DNA from: a virus
Reading direction: 5' to 3' (one strand)
DNA: 36,033 nucleotides
Virus record (IMG/VR): IMGVR_UViG_3300020814_000003
The position numbers and the translations under genes are program-made. This document shows positions 30,819 through 36,033 of this stretch, piece after piece. The notes under the pieces were generated by a model, which saw only the letters and a list, made by a program, of their open reading frames with translations, was not told the origin of the DNA and ran no database searches. The first letter of the stretch is position 1, and each line of letters begins with the position of its first letter.

Positions 30819-31700
30819 ATGGAACCGCAGGTGAAGATCTACCGGCTCAAGGATCTGGCGATCAACGAGGCGGGCACCTTCCGGGCCGTATTCGCCACCC
30901 TGAACGTAGAGGACTCACAGGGCGACGTGACCCTGCCCGGGGCGTTCGGCGAGCAGAAGGTCTTGATCAGCCAGTACAACCACGGCTCCTGGGACCGTGG
31001 CGTGGCGGCTCTCCCGATCGGCGTGGGCCGGATCTTCGAACAGGGCAACGACGCCCTCATCGAGGGCGAGTTCGACATGGACGATCCGGCCGCGGTGGCC
31101 ACCTACAAGAAGATGCGCTACATCCACGCCAAGGGCCGCGTGCAGGAGTTCAGCTACGCGCTTCCGGAAGTGGAGTCGTTCACCCGGGATGAGAACGGGC
31201 ACCGGGTCCGGGTCCTGAAGAAGATCAGGGTGCCGGAAGTGTCCCCCGTGCTCATGGGCGCCGGCGTCAACACGCGCCTGCTGGACATCAAGAGCGGCAA
31301 GACCGTGACACCTGGCGAGAGCGAGACCGAGCAGGAGTTCGTCAGCCGGTGCATCGCCTTCTACGTGGACGAGGGGCGGGACGCGGACCAGGCGGCGGCT
31401 ATCTGTCACCGCATCTGGCGGGAGGCAAAAGCAGGGAAACCGCAGCAGCTCAAGATGCTCGACCATGTGGGGATCGTGATCTCCAAGGTGGCCGAGCTCC
31501 TGGAGCGGTTGAAGGACTTAGGGGCTCTGCGGCAAGCAGAGGGTGGAACCATTTCTGAAGGCACGTTGAGCAAAGCACAGGAGCTGTCGGAAGTCCTGAC
31601 GAAGGCAGCTGCCGAGCTGGCGGGCCTCCGCGCGGAGCATGACTCGGCATTCGCCGAGTACGTGCGCTTCCAGCGCATCATCGCGGAAAGGAGAGCATAA
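30819..31700 (+). CDS. HK97-family prohead protease (S78/U35) with a C-terminal helical extension.
   Basis: 293 aa, with CAGGAGG upstream. The N-terminus FRAVFATLNVEDSQGDVTLPGAFG is typical of the family. It lies between the portal and capsid genes. Confidence 0.7.
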   Translation: MEPQVKIYRLKDLAINEAGTFRAVFATLNVEDSQGDVTLPGAFGEQKVLISQYNHGSWDRGVAALPIGVGRIFEQGNDALIEGEFDMDDPAAVATYKKMRYIHAKGRVQEFSYALPEVESFTRDENGHRVRVLKKIRVPEVSPVLMGAGVNTRLLDIKSGKTVTPGESETEQEFVSRCIAFYVDEGRDADQAAAICHRIWREAKAGKPQQLKMLDHVGIVISKVAELLERLKDLGALRQAEGGTISEGTLSKAQELSEVLTKAAAELAGLRAEHDSAFAEYVRFQRIIAERRA

Positions 31701-31701
31701 A

Positions 31702-32949
31702 ATGCCCTCAGCGAAACTGATCGAGAAGCGGAAAGAGTTCGAGGTCAAGCAGCGCAAGATCATGAAGGCCTTCGAGGAGGCCGGCGACGGGCACGACTTC
31801 ATGAAGTCGACCGAGCTCACCGGCAAAGACCAGAAGGAGCGGGTCGAGGAGATCAAGCGCCTGAACAAGGAGCTGCAGGACCTGGGCCAGGAGCTGGCCG
31901 GCATGGTCGCCCTGGAGAACATGGAGGCCGAGGCCAAGGAGCGGCAGCGGCTCCTGGAGAAGTCCGCCCCCGCCGGGCTGCCCCTTCCCGAAGGGCGCCA
32001 GGGGCAGATCCTGTCCGTCGGCAAGCAGTTCACCGAGTCGCCGATCTTCAAGGCGGCCGGCAGCCGGGCTCATGTGCCCCAGGTCCTCGTCGGCGCGGAC
32101 ATGGACCTCAAGACCCTCATGACCACCGCCGCGGGCTTCGCCCCGGAGTCCATCCGCACCGGCGAGGTGGTGCCCTACGTCCGGCGGCCGACCCGGCTGC
32201 TGGATCTGGTGCCCATGGGCCCCACCACCCAGGCCGCGGTGGTCTACATGGAGCAGACCACCCGCACCAACAACGCCGCGGAGGCGACGGAAGGCACGGG
32301 CGCCTTCGGCGAGGCGGCAATCGCCTACACCGAGCGCTCGCAGACCGTGCAGCTTATCGCCACGATCCTGCCGGTCACCATGCAGCAACTGGAGGACGTG
32401 CCCCAGATCGAGAGCCTGATCAACAACGAGCTCATGTCCATGGTGCGCGAGCGCCTGGACTACCAGATCGCCAACGGCAACGGCACGCCGCCGAACCTGG
32501 CCGGCCTGCTGTACACCGGCCTGCAGACCTTCGCGCGCGGGGGCACCGAGCACTTCGACGCCCTGGCGACGATGGTGAAGAACATCCAGGTCACCGGACG
32601 GGCCACCGCCGGCGCGCTGGTCGTGAATCCCTCCGACTGGTGGAGCTCCAAGCTGCGCCTGAAGCGGACCACGGAGGGCCTGTACATCCTGGGCAACCCC
32701 AGCGAGCCGGGGCCCGATCGGCTCTGGGGCATGATGGTGGTACCGACCGACGCCATCGCGCAGAATACCGTCCTGGGCGGGGACTTTGCCACCTGGTGCC
32801 GGCTGTACGAGAAGCGGGGGATCTTGCTGGAGATCAGCGACTCCCACGACACGTACTTCGCCTACGGCAAGCTGGCCATCCGGGCCACCGGGCGCTGGGC
32901 GATGGTGCGCACGAGGGCGGCCGCATTCCACAGCATCACGGAGTTCTGA
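31702..32949 (+). CDS. Major capsid protein, HK97 fold, with an N-terminal coiled-coil delta domain.
   Basis: 415 aa, with AAAGGAGAG upstream. The delta-like N-terminus is KRKEFEVKQRKIMKAFEEAG...EAEAKERQRLLEK. The core has TTRTNNAAEATEGTGAFGEAAIAYTERSQTVQLIATILPVTMQQLEDVPQIESLIN and NGNGTPPNLAGLL. Confidence 0.85.
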   Translation: MPSAKLIEKRKEFEVKQRKIMKAFEEAGDGHDFMKSTELTGKDQKERVEEIKRLNKELQDLGQELAGMVALENMEAEAKERQRLLEKSAPAGLPLPEGRQGQILSVGKQFTESPIFKAAGSRAHVPQVLVGADMDLKTLMTTAAGFAPESIRTGEVVPYVRRPTRLLDLVPMGPTTQAAVVYMEQTTRTNNAAEATEGTGAFGEAAIAYTERSQTVQLIATILPVTMQQLEDVPQIESLINNELMSMVRERLDYQIANGNGTPPNLAGLLYTGLQTFARGGTEHFDALATMVKNIQVTGRATAGALVVNPSDWWSSKLRLKRTTEGLYILGNPSEPGPDRLWGMMVVPTDAIAQNTVLGGDFATWCRLYEKRGILLEISDSHDTYFAYGKLAIRATGRWAMVRTRAAAFHSITEF

Positions 32950-32976
32950 GCCGAGGTAGCTTCTGAAGGTTTCAGC

Positions 32977-33000
32977 CCCGGGGGCCCTGGAGCCCCCGGG
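32977..33000 (+). terminator. Stable hairpin downstream of the capsid gene, with no T-tract.
   Basis: A 9-bp stem pairs CCCGGGGGC with GCCCCCGGG around a 6-nt loop. It may be a partial terminator or an mRNA-stabilising element. Confidence 0.4.
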
Positions 33001-33030
33001 AGTCTACAGCTCACGGAAGGAGAAAAAACC

Positions 33031-33630
33031 ATGAGCGTTCCCGCATACGTTTTCGGCTTCCTGCCTTTCGACTACCACACCGAGGCCGCGAACACGGCCA
33101 TCACGGAGAACATCCCCGGGAGAGACGGGACGCGGCTGGCGCTGCTGGACATGCGCTATCTGGCGGCGGCCACGGCGCACACGGCGAGCTTCATGTACGC
33201 CAAGGGCACCGGCAGCCGCAACACGGCCAGCATCGCCGCCGCGGCAGCGCAGAAGGACATCACCTGCACCGACGCCCCGAAGGATCCGGCGGGCAACGCG
33301 GCCGCGGCCTCGGACATCATCGCCTACCAGTGCTCCGACGGCACCTGGGAGTTCAACACGGTCGCGTCGCTGGCTGGCAGCGTGATCACCTGCACCAACA
33401 ACCTGGCCAAGGACATCCTGGCCGGCGGGAAGGTGATGGTGCTCGGCGTGGTCGGGGACAACCAGAGCCAGAAGCTCACTCTCGCGGCCGGCGTGGAGAG
33501 CAAGTTCGGCGAAGGCCGGCTGTGCAGCATCGTCCACGAATACATGGACGAGCCGATGGTCCTGTCGATCAACAACGCCACCAACGCGGGCTTTCTCAAC
33601 GGCCTGCTGATGGCCTACATCGACAAGTGA
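33031..33630 (+). CDS. Hypothetical head-associated protein (decoration-protein position).
   Basis: 199 aa, with GGAAGGAG upstream. It lies directly after the capsid gene and is followed by a strong hairpin. Confidence 0.5.
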   Translation: MSVPAYVFGFLPFDYHTEAANTAITENIPGRDGTRLALLDMRYLAAATAHTASFMYAKGTGSRNTASIAAAAAQKDITCTDAPKDPAGNAAAASDIIAYQCSDGTWEFNTVASLAGSVITCTNNLAKDILAGGKVMVLGVVGDNQSQKLTLAAGVESKFGEGRLCSIVHEYMDEPMVLSINNATNAGFLNGLLMAYIDK

Positions 33631-33636
33631 AGATCG

Positions 33637-33658
33637 GGGGAGGGCTTCGGCCCTCCCC
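33637..33658 (+). terminator. Hairpin with a TTCG tetraloop.
   Basis: GGGGAGGGC-TTCG-GCCCTCCCC forms a 9-bp stem and is followed by ATTTCCCC. Confidence 0.45.
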
Positions 33659-33678
33659 ATTTCCCCGAGGAGGGTGGC

Positions 33679-34152
33679 ATGAGGGCCACGCAGAGACTGT
33701 ACCTGACCTGGGATCGCGCGAAGGTGGTCCCGGAGAGCAACCCGGACGGCCGCTTCCTGTTCTGCAAGCCGGGCGACGAGGTGCCCGACGAACAGGCCCG
33801 GAAGTATGGCCTGCTGCAGCAGAAGGCCCCTGCGCCCCCGCCGGCGGCCCCGCCTACCTCGCCCCAGGCCGATCCGAAGAAGGCCGCCGCGGAGCCCCGC
33901 AGGGCGCAGATGCCCGGGGAGGACCTGGACACCCACACCAACGATGAGTTGCTCGAGATCGCCGAGAAGCTCCAGGTGGCGGTCCCGGAGGGCGGAAGGG
34001 AGGCGCTGATCGTGGCGATCCTGAAGAAGGCCGGCTACCAGAAGGAGGCCGAGGGGCGGGAGAAGAAGGCCGCCGCGGAGCCGGAGAACAAGATGGCCGG
34101 GAAGCCGCAGGACAAGGGCGCGCACTTCCCGCCGCAGTCCCGGCGCCGGTAG
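33679..34152 (+). CDS. Hypothetical protein with a Rho-N/HeH-like helix-extension-helix motif.
   Basis: 157 aa with a Pro/Ala-rich linker. The motif is NDELLEIAEKLQVAVPEGGREALIVAILKKAG. Confidence 0.5.
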   Translation: MRATQRLYLTWDRAKVVPESNPDGRFLFCKPGDEVPDEQARKYGLLQQKAPAPPPAAPPTSPQADPKKAAAEPRRAQMPGEDLDTHTNDELLEIAEKLQVAVPEGGREALIVAILKKAGYQKEAEGREKKAAAEPENKMAGKPQDKGAHFPPQSRRR

Positions 34153-34198
34153 CCGGGCGCAGGTTTTTGCACACGTCTGCAAAGTGAAGGAGTAGACC

Positions 34199-34540
34199 AT
34201 GGCCGAAGTGAGAATCGAGCCCCAGAAGACCCTGAAGGCGGGCATCACCCCGTCCTACACCGGCTCCCTGAGCGCCGCCAACACCTACATGGTGCGCAAC
34301 AACGGGCGCATCATGCTGCACTTCAAAAAGACCGCGGCCGTCGACTGTGTGGTCACCATCCAGACCCCTGTGGAGGTCAGCGGCCTGGCCGTGGCGGAGA
34401 ACACGGTCACCGTGCCGGCCACCACGGGGGATAAGATGATCGGGCCCTTCCCGCCGTCGGTGTTCAACGACAGCAACCAGGACCTGCGCTTCACGCTGTC
34501 GGATGTGGACGGCCTGACCGTGGCGGCCATCGAGGTGTAG
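34199..34540 (+). CDS. Hypothetical structural protein.
   Basis: 113 aa, with GAAGGAG upstream and beta-rich character. It lies between the capsid and connector genes. Confidence 0.5.
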   Translation: MAEVRIEPQKTLKAGITPSYTGSLSAANTYMVRNNGRIMLHFKKTAAVDCVVTIQTPVEVSGLAVAENTVTVPATTGDKMIGPFPPSVFNDSNQDLRFTLSDVDGLTVAAIEV

Positions 34541-34553
34541 GGGGCCGGACCGG

Positions 34554-35048
34554 ATGACCCTCGCCGAACTGCGGGCGCACGTCGAGACCGACCTCGCCAA
34601 CGAGCCCCTACAGCGGATCCTGTCCGCCGCAGAGGCCGACGTGTTGCGCGCCGCGGGCCCGGAGTCCGGGGCCGTCGACGAGTTCGAGGCCGAGCTGCCC
34701 GGGCGCTACGTGTGCCTGCGGCAGCCGGCGGACTCCATCACCTCCGTGACGGAGTACCGCGGGACCGCGAGCACGGTGCTGACCATGGCGGATTACGAGC
34801 TACGTGCGGACGCCCGCCGGCTGTACCGCGTGGGGGTCTACTGGGCTCCGCGGGTGGTCGTGGCCTACGAGCCGATCGTCGACGTGGAGGGCCGCGAGCT
34901 GGCCGCGGTGGACCTGGTCCGCCTGGCCCTGCAGGACACCGGGACCGCCGGGGAGCGGGTGGGGGATTACTCCAGCCAGGCTGCCGACTACCGCCGGGAG
35001 CGCGCCCGGATCCTGGCGCGCGTGCGCACCGGGAGCCGGATCGGATGA
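34554..35048 (+). CDS. Head-tail connector protein (gp6-like).
   Basis: 164 aa. MTLAELRAHVETDLANEPLQRILSAAEADV is typical of the N-terminus of head-tail connector proteins. The gene order supports the call. Confidence 0.55.
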   Translation: MTLAELRAHVETDLANEPLQRILSAAEADVLRAAGPESGAVDEFEAELPGRYVCLRQPADSITSVTEYRGTASTVLTMADYELRADARRLYRVGVYWAPRVVVAYEPIVDVEGRELAAVDLVRLALQDTGTAGERVGDYSSQAADYRRERARILARVRTGSRIG

Positions 35049-35389
35049 GTGCCCGCTCGACGATGACCATGCGGGCCCTGGTGAAGCGCAACCTGCACCA
35101 GGGCGTGGACGAGTATGGCCAGCAGGCACAGGGCTGGCAGCTCATCGCCGGCGCGCAGCCCTGCCGCGTCTGGGCAAGCCGCGGCGCCCAGGTCATCCGC
35201 GCCACGGGCGAAGTCAGCATCGATAGCCCGGGGGCTATCTTCCCGCGGGATGCCGACGTCCGGATCGGAGATCGCCTCGAGGAGGTGCGCGATCGGCGAG
35301 AGCAGTTGCTGTTCTCTCGCCTGGAAGTCACGGCCGTGGATCGCAGAGCCGACCACTGGGCGGCCACGCTGAGGAGCGTCGATGCTTGA
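35045..35389 (+). CDS. Head closure / head-tail adaptor protein.
   Basis: 114 aa with an ATGA overlap. GVDEYGQQAQGWQLIAGAQPCRVWASRGAQV...IGDRL has the pattern of the head-closure family. Confidence 0.55.
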   Translation: MSARSTMTMRALVKRNLHQGVDEYGQQAQGWQLIAGAQPCRVWASRGAQVIRATGEVSIDSPGAIFPRDADVRIGDRLEEVRDRREQLLFSRLEVTAVDRRADHWAATLRSVDA

Positions 35390-35804
35390 TTGGCGGGGCG
35401 AGCAGGTGAAAGACCGCATGGTCGTCGCCGCCGGGCGCGGAATCAACCGCGCGCTGGCCGAATGCGTCACCGAATCCAAGGCGGTGGTGCGGCGGCGCAC
35501 CACGGTCCTGCAGGGCTCTATCCAGATGCGCCCCGCGGTGCAGCTGGAGAAGCACGTGGTAGGCTACTGGGGCTCTTTCGCGGTCAATTACGCGATCTAC
35601 GTGGAGAAGGGCACGCGGCCGCACTTCCCGCCGGTGGATGCGATCGCGCAGAGCATGCGCCTGGACCCGCGGCACGCCTACGCCGTAGCCCGTTCGATCG
35701 CCAGTAAGGGCACCAAGGCTTACCCCTACCTGGTCCCGACGGCGCAGAAGATCTACCCGAAGCTGGCCGGCTACATCCGGGAAGCCCGGGAGGCTTCCGC
35801 ATGA
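35382..35804 (+). CDS. HK97 gp10-family tail-completion/neck protein.
   Basis: 140 aa, with GAGGAG upstream. VLQGSIQMRP...YAIYVEKGTRPHFP...AYPYLVPTAQK matches the layout of the gp10 family. Confidence 0.6.
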   Translation: MLDWRGEQVKDRMVVAAGRGINRALAECVTESKAVVRRRTTVLQGSIQMRPAVQLEKHVVGYWGSFAVNYAIYVEKGTRPHFPPVDAIAQSMRLDPRHAYAVARSIASKGTKAYPYLVPTAQKIYPKLAGYIREAREASA

Positions 35805-36033
35805 TCGACCCGCTGGCCGCGCTGCGCCAGGTCCTGCTGGCGGATCGGGCGATCCAGGACCTATGCGAGAGCCGGGTCTACGTCGGCGAGCTCCCGCCCC
35901 TGGAGGCGGATGCCCAGGCAAGGAAGGCGGTGCTGCTCGCCCCCACCGGCGGTGTTGAGCGCCGGGGGAGCGGGCCGATCATGCGCACCCGGTTCACAGC
36001 CTGGTGCTACGGGGAGAGCCTGGTGGAGGCGGG
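35801..36033 (+). CDS. 5' part of the neck/tail-completion gene that wraps the contig junction and continues at 142..319.
   Basis: The ATG overlaps the previous TGA (ATGA). The frame runs into the terminal repeat and continues in frame in the left copy. Confidence 0.6.
   Translation, partial: MIDPLAALRQVLLADRAIQDLCESRVYVGELPPLEADAQARKAVLLAPTGGVERRGSGPIMRTRFTAWCYGESLVEA
35893..36033. repeat. Terminal direct repeat, right copy of 1-141.
   Basis: Exact 141-nt identity with the window start. The reading frame of the CDS starting at 35801 continues seamlessly into 142..319. Confidence 0.95.

Overview
This 36,033-nt window is a complete, circularly closed genome of a GC-rich tailed phage written as a linear contig. 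It is siphovirus-type, with HK97-like head and neck genes. Bases 1-141 are repeated exactly at 35893-36033, so the unique length is 35,892 nt. One gene (35801..36033, continuing as 142..319) wraps the junction. Almost all genes are on the + strand and are chained by 1-4 nt start/stop overlaps (ATGA/GTGA/TTGA).

Gene order:
- Tail module, 329-8284: major tail protein, chaperone with a candidate -1 frameshift, a 628-aa tape measure, four tail-tip/fibre proteins, and one reverse-strand moron.
- A six-gene translationally coupled lysis cassette, 8287-10846.
- A regulatory region of lower GC, 11280-14260. It holds a leftward two-gene operon, an orphan S49 protease/scaffold gene, two divergent ribbon-helix-helix genes and three near-consensus sigma70-type promoters.
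- A recombination module, 14264-18873: an SSAP-like protein plus a single-chain Mre11/SbcD-Rad50/SbcC fusion.
- An aberrant tRNA-like element, 19126-19220.
- A replication/early module, 19236-26250: clamp-like protein, wHTH proteins, ParB-like protein, HNH, DUF4373-type initiator with an internal repeat array, M23 peptidase, MazG-like protein and VRR-NUC.
- A large terminator.
- Packaging and head genes, 26379-35804: TerS, TerL, portal-MuF fusion, S78 protease, HK97-fold capsid and connector proteins.

I recognised no integrase, CI-type repressor, rRNA or CRISPR array. All functional calls come from motifs recognised by eye in the translations, gene order, RBS/start context and third-position GC. 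No database search was run. The very long minus-strand ORFs in the track are antisense shadow ORFs typical of GC-rich DNA and are rejected.
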